In this document: positions 10,312 to 19,281 of the stretch, piece by piece
How positions within the stretch are numbered: position 1 is the stretch's first letter
Layout: the number at the start of each line of letters is the position of its first letter
Assembly (NCBI GenBank): GCA_031411295.1
Contig: JANOAV010000187.1
Coordinates: 52,341-116,340, forward strand
Reading direction: 5' to 3'
DNA length: 64,000 nt
Source of the DNA: Verrucomicrobiales bacterium
Lineage (GTDB): Bacteria > Verrucomicrobiota > Verrucomicrobiia > Verrucomicrobiales > V1-33
Notes under the pieces: model-generated
Told to the model about the DNA's origin: nothing
The model's database searches: none
What the model saw: only the letters and a program-made list of their open reading frames with translations
Translations under genes and position numbers: made by a program

Positions 10312-11541
10312 ATGACGTATTTGGCGCTGTGTGGTATCGTGAGCTTGTTTACGGCGTGTTCTCCTCCTGAGGCGAAGCCAGCGGCCCCTGCTCCGGCCAA
10401 GGAAAGTCCAGTGGCAGCGGCCCCAGAGGAGAAATCGGCCGTTCCAACGCCGCCACCCACTGAGCCGAAAGCGCCGGAGCCAACGCCTGTCGTGGCCGCC
10501 GCAGAACCTGCCGCACCAACGCCTCCTCCAGCTCCGATCGAGCAAGTGCAAAAGCCTGCTGAAGTGGCACCCGCACCAACCCCTGCTCCGGCACCAACTC
10601 CAGAAGAACAAACCGCTCCACCCAAGCCCAAGATCGTCGAGGAAAACCAGCCCTCCGATAAAGAAACGGGTCTGCCACTTCCGCCGCCCACCTCCTCAGA
10701 CCCCAATGGTTCCAAGCAGCCTGCGGACGCCCCGCAGGCAGCGACCCACAACATTGCCCCCGCCGGTAGCAACGGGAAAGGGATGGAGATCAACCCAGAC
10801 CAGGTGGCTCCGCAGAACGTCTATGCTAAGTTCCAGTCGTTGGATGCGGTGCTGCAAAATGCCAAGATTGATTGGCAAGCCGTTTACGATCAGACGGTGC
10901 AGGACGTGGACAGCAACGCCTATAAAAACATTCGGGCCAGCGTGCCCTTTCTCATGGGAATGCGGATGGCGGACGGGTTGTTCTCCGTCAAAATAAAAAA
11001 CAAAGAGGAACTGAACAAATGCGCCGATGACATCCGCGATTTTGCTCGTAAGCTAGGAGTGGATGAATCAAATCTCCGTGATGCCGAGGAAGCCCGGCAA
11101 TGGGCTGTCAAAGGACAGTGGATGCAAGTCGTAGCCAATCTTGGATTCATCCAGATGCGCGTCATTCAACAAATGAAAAGTGCCAAGGCCACCGAGGACC
11201 AGCGTCGCCTGATTCTCTTGGGAGGCTGGATTGAAGGCGCGCGGATCGCTACTCGAGGGATCCTTTCCTCCAAGCCACCAGCCAATGTCGAATGGGATCC
11301 GTCCTATTCCCTGCGGGATCCGCTACTCGTCAATGCGCTCATCAAAATGCTCGGCCAGTTGGGACCGGAAGCCAGCCAGACCCCGCAGGTCAAGCTCATG
11401 GTGAAGTATCTCCCCAGAGTTCAGAAAATCGTCGACATCAACATTGACCCCAAGAAGGGCAAAATCAGCCGCCAAGACATGGAAGAACTTTTGAAGATTG
11501 CCAACGAGGTCGTAACCGCCGCAGTTGATTTTAAATCCTAA
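10312..11541 (+). CDS. Lipoprotein with Pro/Ala/Glu linker plus the same helical domain (paralog 2)
   Basis: Lipobox SLFTAC; long identical blocks with 9223..10164. The start could be 10231. Confidence 0.8.
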   Translation: MTYLALCGIVSLFTACSPPEAKPAAPAPAKESPVAAAPEEKSAVPTPPPTEPKAPEPTPVVAAAEPAAPTPPPAPIEQVQKPAEVAPAPTPAPAPTPEEQTAPPKPKIVEENQPSDKETGLPLPPPTSSDPNGSKQPADAPQAATHNIAPAGSNGKGMEINPDQVAPQNVYAKFQSLDAVLQNAKIDWQAVYDQTVQDVDSNAYKNIRASVPFLMGMRMADGLFSVKIKNKEELNKCADDIRDFARKLGVDESNLRDAEEARQWAVKGQWMQVVANLGFIQMRVIQQMKSAKATEDQRRLILLGGWIEGARIATRGILSSKPPANVEWDPSYSLRDPLLVNALIKMLGQLGPEASQTPQVKLMVKYLPRVQKIVDINIDPKKGKISRQDMEELLKIANEVVTAAVDFKS

Positions 11542-11624
11542 ATTTTGCATTACCCCACCGAATCCGTGCCTGCTAGTTTGTTAAGCTGCAGGTTTCACTA
11601 ACACAAACACAAACACAACACAAA

Positions 11625-12098
11625 ATGAAAACCAGAAGAGCAATAATTGGTGTCCTCACCGTCATGATCCACGCTTTGCAAATGACCGGCCTCCAAGCCA
11701 GTCCTGCCCAAGCCGAATCCATCGCGCGGACTATGACCCGTAAATTGGTGGCCGACGGATATGCCGTCACCCCAATCGCCTTCGACACCCTGGGCAGCGG
11801 CCAGACCGCCACGCACTATCTGCGCGTTGAGCCCGGCGTGGACTATGCCGTCACCATTGGCGGGGATACCGAAGCCCTGAACCTCGACCTCGTGATCTAT
11901 GACGAATTCGGCCAGGAAGTGATCCGTGACTACCGCTTGAGCCAACTTGCGGGAGCCACTTTCCGTTCCACCTACGCCGGCCAAGTCAAGGTCATCGTCA
12001 TCATGAAGCAAGCTCGCACTCTGGGTTCCTACTGCCTGCTCCAATCCTCCCGCACAGGTCTGCGTCTCCCGATGCCCGCCCCATCCGCTCCAAACTGA
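11625..12098 (+). CDS. Secreted protein, pre-peptidase C-terminal (PPC)-like beta domain
   Basis: Signal ending AQA; GVDYAVTIGGD..LDLVIYDEFG pattern. Confidence 0.65.
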   Translation: MKTRRAIIGVLTVMIHALQMTGLQASPAQAESIARTMTRKLVADGYAVTPIAFDTLGSGQTATHYLRVEPGVDYAVTIGGDTEALNLDLVIYDEFGQEVIRDYRLSQLAGATFRSTYAGQVKVIVIMKQARTLGSYCLLQSSRTGLRLPMPAPSAPN

Positions 12099-12132
12099 GT
12101 TTTAAGATTCCCTAACCTAATCTAGCATAACC

Positions 12133-12288
12133 ATGAAAATTATCTTAGCCTTAGCCCTTACGTTGCTCGGAGTAAGTTGCACGACCTATGAAGTGCGGCC
12201 GACCCGCCACGTCTATCATAGCAGTGGCTCCGGTGTTTCCGTTTCCACTTCTCCGGAGTCCTTTGACCATGTGGGCGGTATTCGTTAA
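12133..12288 (+). CDS. Small lipoprotein, 51 aa (absent from ORF track)
   Basis: Hand translation: MKIILALALTLLGVSC-TTYEVRPTRHVYHSSGSGVSVSTSPESFDHVGGIR*. Confidence 0.85.
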   Translation: MKIILALALTLLGVSCTTYEVRPTRHVYHSSGSGVSVSTSPESFDHVGGIR

Positions 12289-12320
12289 TCCTGTAGTATA
12301 ACCACTCAACCAAAAGAAAA

Positions 12321-12488
12321 ATGAAACACATCCTCCTACTTGCCTTTGCCTGCTTGGCGACGGGCCTGTCCAGTTGCGAAACTGTCGTCGTTCAGCCGGT
12401 GAAGCATCACACCACGAAGCGTTACTCTTCCGGTGCTTCCGTGAGCCACTCACCTGAATCCTTCGACCACGTTCCAGGAATCCGGTAA
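12321..12488 (+). CDS. Small lipoprotein, 55 aa, paralog of the previous gene (absent from ORF track)
   Basis: Hand translation: MKHILLLAFACLATGLSSC-ETVVVQPVKHHTTKRYSSGASVSHSPESFDHVPGIR*. Confidence 0.85.
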   Translation: MKHILLLAFACLATGLSSCETVVVQPVKHHTTKRYSSGASVSHSPESFDHVPGIR

Positions 12489-12525
12489 TATTCGTTAGCT
12501 GCGTGCAGCGCAGTTAAATCCCAGG

Positions 12526-12562
12526 AAGCGGCCTCCAGCAATGGAGGTCGCTTTTTTTTTTT
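12526..12562 (+). terminator. Rho-independent terminator
   Basis: AAGCGGCCTCCA-GCAA-TGGAGGTCGCTT followed by a T run. Confidence 0.9.
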
Positions 12563-12630
12563 GGCCACGCGGGTCTGGAGGCAAACGTTCTCCCTTGTCC
12601 GATTCCCCACGTCGTGCTAAAGAAGCGCCC

Positions 12631-13716
12631 ATGCGAAATCCCCTTTCCCTTGTTGCCTTCAGTGTCGCCAGTTTGAGTGTTGCTCTTTCAGGCTGTAAAT
12701 CCATGCCCTCCTTTCATTTGCCGAAGTTCTCGTTCGGAAAAAAGGGGGCCGAAGGTGCTGAGGACGAAAAGGACCGCAGCAAGCGTGAAACGGCAGAGAG
12801 CGCCTTTCTGGAAGTCTGCAAAAAGCTTGGAGCTGAGGGAGATGCGGTGACCGGCCGCGATGGATACTTCTTCAGTGGCAACGAAATTAAGCGCCTGGGA
12901 GCCACCCCGGAAGTCGGTTCTGGTAATTTCTCCGCGGCGGTGAATGCTATTGCCGATTATCGTCGGCAGTTGAAGCAAAATGGCACAGAGTTAATCGTGG
13001 CGGTGGTGCCACCGAAGGGCTTGATCATGGCTGAAAAAGTCTCCAAGGAAGCCAAGGTGCCAATGAAGAGCGGCCGCCCAGTGGCACTCGATAGCTATTA
13101 TGCGGCCGCGGCGGAAGCGCTTTCCAAGAAAGGTGTCAAAGTCGTCTATCTCAACGATGCTTTTTTGAAACAGCGCACGGGTAAAACCGGAGATCTTTTC
13201 GCCAAAGGCACCGCTCAATTCACCCCCGCTGGAAGCAAATTGATCGCCACCGAAATCGCCAGTGCCGCCAGCCTCAGCAAGGGCGAAGCGGGCTTGGTGG
13301 CAAAGGACGCCACCATCGAAGCGGGCAATGAACTCGGCGGCAAAGCTGAGAAATTGCCAGCGCGCCAGATTTTCAAATCCGACGGAACCACGGCCCTTTC
13401 CCTGCCGGACTCTGGGGGCACGGTGCTGGTCATGGCGGATCAAAGCGTCAATCTGTGGAAGAGTGATCACGCCAGTGTGGCCGAGCAACTGAGTTACGAA
13501 TTGCAGCGTCCGGTCAGCGTCATGAGTGGATCCTCCGCCCGGAACGAGCAGCGGCTCAAAATCATGCGTCAGGGCACCACGGCCAAGAGTCCGTTGGCCA
13601 ATACCAAGTTGGTGGTATGGCTTTTCAACGCCTTGGATCTGTCCAGCGGAGACTGGGATGTCGTTCCGCTCAAACTCGAATTTAAGACGGCAGAGCCTAA
13701 TCTGCGCATTAACTAA
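12631..13716 (+). CDS. Lipoprotein with AlgJ/AlgX-like SGNH domain, apparently degenerate
   Basis: Lipobox LSGC; GRDGYFF and LIVAVVPPK motifs; FTPAGS at the WTPxGA position. Confidence 0.6.
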   Translation: MRNPLSLVAFSVASLSVALSGCKSMPSFHLPKFSFGKKGAEGAEDEKDRSKRETAESAFLEVCKKLGAEGDAVTGRDGYFFSGNEIKRLGATPEVGSGNFSAAVNAIADYRRQLKQNGTELIVAVVPPKGLIMAEKVSKEAKVPMKSGRPVALDSYYAAAAEALSKKGVKVVYLNDAFLKQRTGKTGDLFAKGTAQFTPAGSKLIATEIASAASLSKGEAGLVAKDATIEAGNELGGKAEKLPARQIFKSDGTTALSLPDSGGTVLVMADQSVNLWKSDHASVAEQLSYELQRPVSVMSGSSARNEQRLKIMRQGTTAKSPLANTKLVVWLFNALDLSSGDWDVVPLKLEFKTAEPNLRIN

Positions 13717-13756
13717 CTTCCTCAAACTATTCACACCTAACCACAAAAAAAATCAG

Positions 13757-14563
13757 ATGCCTAAAGTAAAATTAAAGACCGGAATTGAAATGGCCTACAC
13801 CGAAGTAGGCAGCGGGGAACCCGTGATCTGTATCATGGGAGTGACCGCCCCTGGAGTTGTCTGGGAAGCCCATGCCGCCGCCTGGAGCAAGGAGTTCCGC
13901 TGCATCCTGGGAGACAATCGCGGGGTGGGGGACACGGACAAGCCCGCTGGCCCCTACACCACCGCAATGATGGCTGATGACTATGCCGCCCTGATGGACG
14001 AGCTGGGCATCAAGCAAGCCCGGGTTGTGGGGTGTTCGCTGGGTAGCGTGATTGCGCAGCAACTCTGCCTGCGCCATCCTGAGAAGGTAAAAAGTGTCAT
14101 CTTGATGTGCACTTGGGCTCGGCAGGATCGGTTTGGCTTAACCACTTGGGAGCACATGATGAAGTGCAAAGAACACTTCAGCGCAGGGGATTTCATGCAT
14201 TACGTCCACATGCTCATTTTCACCAAGCCATGGTTCGATAATGATGACTGCTGGAAGGCGATTCAGGAAGGCAACGCCTCTGCGGGGGATAACCCCAATC
14301 CGCAACCCGTCCACGCCATGCACGCGCAGGCCGCCGCTGCGATGACTCACAATACCTTGGATCAGTTGAAAGACGTGAAATGCCCAGCCCTCGTGATTGG
14401 CGGCAAAAACGATGTGTTCACGCCGCGCTGGATGGGAGAGGAAACCGCCGCTGCCATCCCTGGTGCAGAGTTGCACCTTTACGATGACGCGGGTCACGCC
14501 TTCCACTGGGAATGTCTCGAGGACTTCAATCCCCGGACCACCGCTTGGCTAAAAACACACTAA
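13757..14563 (+). CDS. Alpha/beta hydrolase
   Basis: DNRGVG, GCSLG nucleophile elbow, GxxD, AGH. Confidence 0.9.
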   Translation: MPKVKLKTGIEMAYTEVGSGEPVICIMGVTAPGVVWEAHAAAWSKEFRCILGDNRGVGDTDKPAGPYTTAMMADDYAALMDELGIKQARVVGCSLGSVIAQQLCLRHPEKVKSVILMCTWARQDRFGLTTWEHMMKCKEHFSAGDFMHYVHMLIFTKPWFDNDDCWKAIQEGNASAGDNPNPQPVHAMHAQAAAAMTHNTLDQLKDVKCPALVIGGKNDVFTPRWMGEETAAAIPGAELHLYDDAGHAFHWECLEDFNPRTTAWLKTH

Positions 14564-14589
14564 GCCTCTTAACCATATCTTCATTTTAA

Positions 14590-14619
14590 GCCGCATGGGA
14601 ATTCCCATGCGGCGTTTTT
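14590..14619 (+). terminator. Palindromic terminator
   Basis: Perfect palindrome GCCGCATGGGAATTCCCATGCGGC then GTTTTT. Confidence 0.75.
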
Positions 14620-14688
14620 AGTATTTGCAGAAAACCGCAAATACATTGTATGTTAACCGAAGAATCTGTTCCCCCTCCCCAAACCAAA

Positions 14689-15390
14689 ATGAAACTCCTA
14701 ATTGTTGAAGATTATGTGCCCCTGCGCACTTCAATTGCCCAACTCCTCCGCGAGAACAGTTACGTCGTGGATGACACGGGTGATGGCACGGAAGCTGTGG
14801 AATTGGCGACCAAGAATAACTACACCCTGGCGATCATCGACATCATGCTCCCGGGCACGGATGGATTGGACGTGCTGCGAGCCATTCGCAAAGCCGAAAA
14901 ATCCACCGCCGTGCTCATGATCACAGCGCGGGACTCGATTGATGATCGGGTCAAAGGACTGGATGCCGGAGCGGACGATTATTTGATCAAGCCGTTCTCG
15001 CTGGAAGAGTTGATGGCCCGGGTGCGCGCACTCCTGCGCAGAGCCAACCAAGTGCGAGACCCCGTGATCAAGGTGGGAGACTTGGAACTGGACACCCGCC
15101 GCCGCAGCGCCCGGCGTGGCACCCATGAGTTGGATCTGACCTCCAAAGAATATAATCTATTGGAACTCCTGATGCTGCGCACTGGGCAGATCGTGACCCG
15201 GGCGGACGTGTGGGAGCAGCTTTATGACTTTGATCAGGAAATGGAGAGCAACGTGATCGATGTGTTTGTCGCTTACCTGCGCAAGAAAGTGGAGCGTCCG
15301 GACCTGCCCAAGCTCATCCATACCCGCCGCGGTCAGGGTTACATTCTGGAAGCGCGCAAGGAAGATGTTGCGGAGGCGGCCAGTATTTAA
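14689..15390 (+). CDS. OmpR/PhoB-family response regulator
   Basis: LIVED, DIMLP, GADDYLIKPF, winged-helix IHTRRGQGY. Confidence 0.95.
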   Translation: MKLLIVEDYVPLRTSIAQLLRENSYVVDDTGDGTEAVELATKNNYTLAIIDIMLPGTDGLDVLRAIRKAEKSTAVLMITARDSIDDRVKGLDAGADDYLIKPFSLEELMARVRALLRRANQVRDPVIKVGDLELDTRRRSARRGTHELDLTSKEYNLLELLMLRTGQIVTRADVWEQLYDFDQEMESNVIDVFVAYLRKKVERPDLPKLIHTRRGQGYILEARKEDVAEAASI

Positions 15391-15472
15391 GGTTCGTCGT
15401 TGGTGCCATTCTCTATTGCGTAAGCAATAGTCGTTGCCAGTCGGGGTGGTCGGGAGTGAGCATCCACCCACT

Positions 15473-16534
15473 ATGACTACCTGGTTAAAAATTGTCCTTC
15501 CTTCCGTTGCCCTGGCCGGCTTGATCCCCTTGCTGGCTGAGGTTACTACGCCCGCTGCGAAACCTGCTGCCGCGAGCGCCACCACCGCCATTGGCGATAT
15601 GGCTCGTGCCGCCTTGGATTTCCTGGCTACACTAGACGATGCGCAGAAGGCGCAAGCTTCCTTTGCCATGGACAGTGCAGAGCGGGAAGATTGGCATTTC
15701 GTGCCATTTGAACGCAAAGGCCTGACGCTGAAAGAGATGCGCCCGGACCAACAGCACCTGGCCTATGGCCTGCTGCATACCGCCTTGAGTTATGACGGCT
15801 TCCGCAAGGCCACGCAAATCATGAGCCTGGAAAAAATCCTCTGGGACTTGGAGAAAGAATCACCCAAGCGCGATGCCGCCAAATATTACGTCAGCATCTT
15901 CGGCACCCCATCGGCTACAGGCACGTGGGGCTGGCGCTTCGAAGGTCACCACATGTCGATGAATTTCACCATCGTGGATGGCAAGAATGTTGCCATCACC
16001 CCATCGTTCCTGGGGGCTAATCCGGGCGAGGTCATGAGCGGTAATCGCAAGGGGCTGCAAGTGCTCCAACGGGAGGAGGAACTTGGTTTCGAGCTGGTCA
16101 ATGCCTTGGACGAAACGCAGAAGAAGACGGCCATCATCTTGGAAAAATCCCCCGACGAGGTGATTACCAAGGACGATCATCACGTGAAGCCACTGGAGCC
16201 CACCGGCCTCAATGCGGGCCAAATGACGCCAGCACAACGCACCAAGCTGCAGGCCATCATTGAAACATACTTCCGCCGCTTCCGCCCTGAATTGGCCGAT
16301 GGTGAACTGGCCAAGGTGGCTGCGGCTGGATGGGATAAACTGAATTTTGCGTGGGCTGGAGCGACGCAAGTTGGCCAGGGCCACTACTATCGGGTGCAGA
16401 ATAATACCTTCCTCATTGAATTCGATAACACCCAGAACAATGCCCACCATCCCCATGCCGTGCTGCGGGACTTTGCCAATGATTTTGGCACGGACTATTT
16501 GCAGCAGCACTTACGGGCAGAGCACGGGAAGTAA
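15473..16534 (+). CDS. DUF3500 family secreted protein
   Basis: WHFVP, WGWRFEGHH, EFDN..HPHAV motifs. Confidence 0.85.
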   Translation: MTTWLKIVLPSVALAGLIPLLAEVTTPAAKPAAASATTAIGDMARAALDFLATLDDAQKAQASFAMDSAEREDWHFVPFERKGLTLKEMRPDQQHLAYGLLHTALSYDGFRKATQIMSLEKILWDLEKESPKRDAAKYYVSIFGTPSATGTWGWRFEGHHMSMNFTIVDGKNVAITPSFLGANPGEVMSGNRKGLQVLQREEELGFELVNALDETQKKTAIILEKSPDEVITKDDHHVKPLEPTGLNAGQMTPAQRTKLQAIIETYFRRFRPELADGELAKVAAAGWDKLNFAWAGATQVGQGHYYRVQNNTFLIEFDNTQNNAHHPHAVLRDFANDFGTDYLQQHLRAEHGK

Positions 16535-16586
16535 GAATTTTTCTGCAACTCCGATGGTGGCGCGTGGTTCATTCTCCACACACGCC

Positions 16587-19232
16587 ATGAAAACGATTCT
16601 TTACACCACGCTTTGTTGCCTGCCCAGCCTGCTGCTGGGCGCGGAGCCACTGACGACCGAGCAGACGAATTTCTTCGAGAAGAAGATTCGGCCGGTCTTA
16701 ATTGATAAATGTTACCGCTGCCACGGCCCCGACACCGAAAAGGCGAAGGGTGGCTTGCGGCTCGACACCCGTGAAGCAATGCGTAAGGGCGGAGACAATG
16801 GACCCGCGGTGGTGCCGGGCGATGTGGATGGCAGCCTGATCATCGAAGCCCTGCGCTATGCCAATGCGGATACCGCCATGCCACCTAAAAAATCCGGTGG
16901 CAAACTCCCAGACGCCGTGATCGCTGATTTCGAAACCTGGGTCAAGCTGGGCGCACCGGATCCTCGGGAGCCAGCGGTGGCCGGAGCCGCGGAAAAGCCA
17001 TCGAGCAAGACCTGGAGCGACTATGGCGAGGCCACAAAATGGTGGTCCTGGCAACTTCCTGTGAGCACACCACCGCCGACGAACAAGGACGCGAAGTGGG
17101 CTTGGGGCGCGGTGGACCACTACATTGCGGCCGGGTTGGAAAAGAAAGAATTGCAGCCGGTGGGTGATGCGGATGCCGCCACTTGGTTGCGTCGCGTTTA
17201 CTTCGATCTCATCGGCCTGCCGCCGCGGCCGCAGGAAGTGGTGGATTTCGTGAAAGCTTGGGCGGCGGATCCTGCCAAAGCGCGCACGGAGGCCGTGGAT
17301 AAGCTGTTGGCAACTTCGCAATATGGCGAACGCTGGGCCCGCCACTGGTTGGACGTGGCCCGCTATGCCGAGTCCAGTGGCAAGGACGTCAACATGATCT
17401 ATAGTTCGGCATGGAGGTATCGGGATTATGTGATCGGAGCCTTCAATGCCGACAAGCCATTCGATCGATTCCTCGCGGAGCAACTGGCAGGCGACTTACT
17501 GCCAGCCAAGGATTCCAAAGCGCGCGCCGAGCAGTTAATTGCCACAGGCTTTCTCGCCCTCGGCCCGAAATCACTCAACGAAATGAGCCCCGCCCAATAC
17601 GCCTTGGATGTGGCCGATGAACAAATCGACACCGTTTCCCAAGCCTTCCTGGCTACCACCATTGCGTGTGCGCGTTGCCACGATCATAAATTTGATCCCA
17701 TTCCGCAGCGCGAATATTACGCTCTGGCCGGAATTTTCCTCAGCACCGATACCCGCTATGGCACGGCCGGCGGGGTGCAGAATCGACATGCCACGGACTT
17801 AATTGAGTTGCCGGTGGATTGCGGATTGCCAGCGGTGGGGAAGAAATTTACCCCTGTGGAATTGAAGTCCAAGGAGGAAGAGTTGGCGAAGCTTAAAGTC
17901 GAGCGGGATGAAATGTTCCGTGACGCTTTCCAACAACGTCGGAACCCAGCTGAGAGTAACAACGCCCAGGACCAATTGCGGAGGCTGGCGCTGATTGCGC
18001 GCACCGGACTGCTGGAGGCGGAACTCAAGACGTATGATGCGGCAGGAAACAACAAGTTGCTCTGCATGGGCGTGCTGGATGAGCCCGCCGAACGCAAGCT
18101 GGGCGATGGTTTGGGAGATTTTGTAAAACGCCGGATTCAGGAACGGATCTCGCGTCCTGCGCAGTTTTCACAGGTGGCCGACAGCCCGCTGTATATTCGC
18201 GGAGATGTGACCAAGCCGACCGGCACCGTGCCCCGAGGATTTGTTAGCGTCCTTAGCAAAGGGGAGGCTCCCAGCATCAAACCCAAGACCAGCGGTCGTC
18301 TGGAATTGGCCGAGTGGATGGTCTCGCCTGGCAATCCACTGACCGCCAGAGTGATGGTGAATCGCGTGTGGCATTGGATGTTCGGACGCGGCTTGGTGCC
18401 CACCGTGGATAACTTCGGCACCACCGGAGAACCGCCGGCAAACTTGGCGTTGCTGGATCATCTGGCGCTGCATTTCTCCAAAGATCTGAAGTGGAGTGTG
18501 AAGGCGTTAGTGCGCGAACTGGCCTTGAGCCATACGTATGCGTTGGGTTCGACTTACGATGATCATGCCTTCCATGTGGATCCGGAAAATGCGCTCTGCT
18601 GGCGCGTCACGCCACGTCGGTTGGAGGCGGAATGCATTCGCGATGCCATCCTCACGGTGAGCAGCGCCTTGGATCTGCGTCCTCCAGCGGGATCCGGTGC
18701 CGCCTACTATGGCGAAGCCCAGATTGGTGGGCCGCGCGCTCGGGTGGTGGCGGAATCCGGGTTGTCGAATCCGGTGGGAAACTATCGGTCCGTCTATCTT
18801 CCCGCCGCCCGTGAAGCCTTACCGGAAGCGATGGATGTCTTCGATGCTCCGGATGGAAATTTGGTCGTCGGCAAGCGCGAATCCACCAATACGCCCAGCC
18901 AAGCGCTGTTCCTCATGAACAGTCCGTTCGTGGCGGAACAAGCGGAGAAATTTGCCGAGAAACTGCTCACCGCCATCCCCAGCAGCGGACCAAATGCGGG
19001 CGCAGGCGACAAGTTAGCCGAGCGCGTCCGTTGGGCCTACGGACTCTGTTTCAGTCGCTGGCCCACCGAGGGCGAAATCTATGCCGCCCAAGCGTTCTTC
19101 AGTCGCTTCCCCGCCGACAGCATCAACGATGCTCCCAGCAGCAAACTGAAAGACGAGAAAGCGCTGAAAGCCGCCTGGGTCAGCTTCTGTCGCGCACTCT
19201 ACGGCAGTGCCGAGTTCCGCCAACTCAACTAA
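16587..19232 (+). CDS. Planctomycete cytochrome c / DUF1549 / DUF1553 protein
   Basis: CYRCH, YGERWARHWLDVARY, CARCHDHKFDP, ARVMVNRVW. Confidence 0.92.
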   Translation: MKTILYTTLCCLPSLLLGAEPLTTEQTNFFEKKIRPVLIDKCYRCHGPDTEKAKGGLRLDTREAMRKGGDNGPAVVPGDVDGSLIIEALRYANADTAMPPKKSGGKLPDAVIADFETWVKLGAPDPREPAVAGAAEKPSSKTWSDYGEATKWWSWQLPVSTPPPTNKDAKWAWGAVDHYIAAGLEKKELQPVGDADAATWLRRVYFDLIGLPPRPQEVVDFVKAWAADPAKARTEAVDKLLATSQYGERWARHWLDVARYAESSGKDVNMIYSSAWRYRDYVIGAFNADKPFDRFLAEQLAGDLLPAKDSKARAEQLIATGFLALGPKSLNEMSPAQYALDVADEQIDTVSQAFLATTIACARCHDHKFDPIPQREYYALAGIFLSTDTRYGTAGGVQNRHATDLIELPVDCGLPAVGKKFTPVELKSKEEELAKLKVERDEMFRDAFQQRRNPAESNNAQDQLRRLALIARTGLLEAELKTYDAAGNNKLLCMGVLDEPAERKLGDGLGDFVKRRIQERISRPAQFSQVADSPLYIRGDVTKPTGTVPRGFVSVLSKGEAPSIKPKTSGRLELAEWMVSPGNPLTARVMVNRVWHWMFGRGLVPTVDNFGTTGEPPANLALLDHLALHFSKDLKWSVKALVRELALSHTYALGSTYDDHAFHVDPENALCWRVTPRRLEAECIRDAILTVSSALDLRPPAGSGAAYYGEAQIGGPRARVVAESGLSNPVGNYRSVYLPAAREALPEAMDVFDAPDGNLVVGKRESTNTPSQALFLMNSPFVAEQAEKFAEKLLTAIPSSGPNAGAGDKLAERVRWAYGLCFSRWPTEGEIYAAQAFFSRFPADSINDAPSSKLKDEKALKAAWVSFCRALYGSAEFRQLN

Positions 19233-19281
19233 CCAGCCTCATTTTCTAACTTCCCTTACTAACTTACTCCCTGCTCCAGCC

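Noticed and set aside
11597..11624. ACACAA-type short tandem repeat
   Set aside because: Matches the A/C-rich leaders found before many start codons here; too short to call a contingency locus.
12151..12704. Minus-strand ORFs and the 12541 start of the AlgJ-like gene
   Set aside because: They overlap the micro-lipoproteins and the terminator; the lipobox supports a start at 12631.
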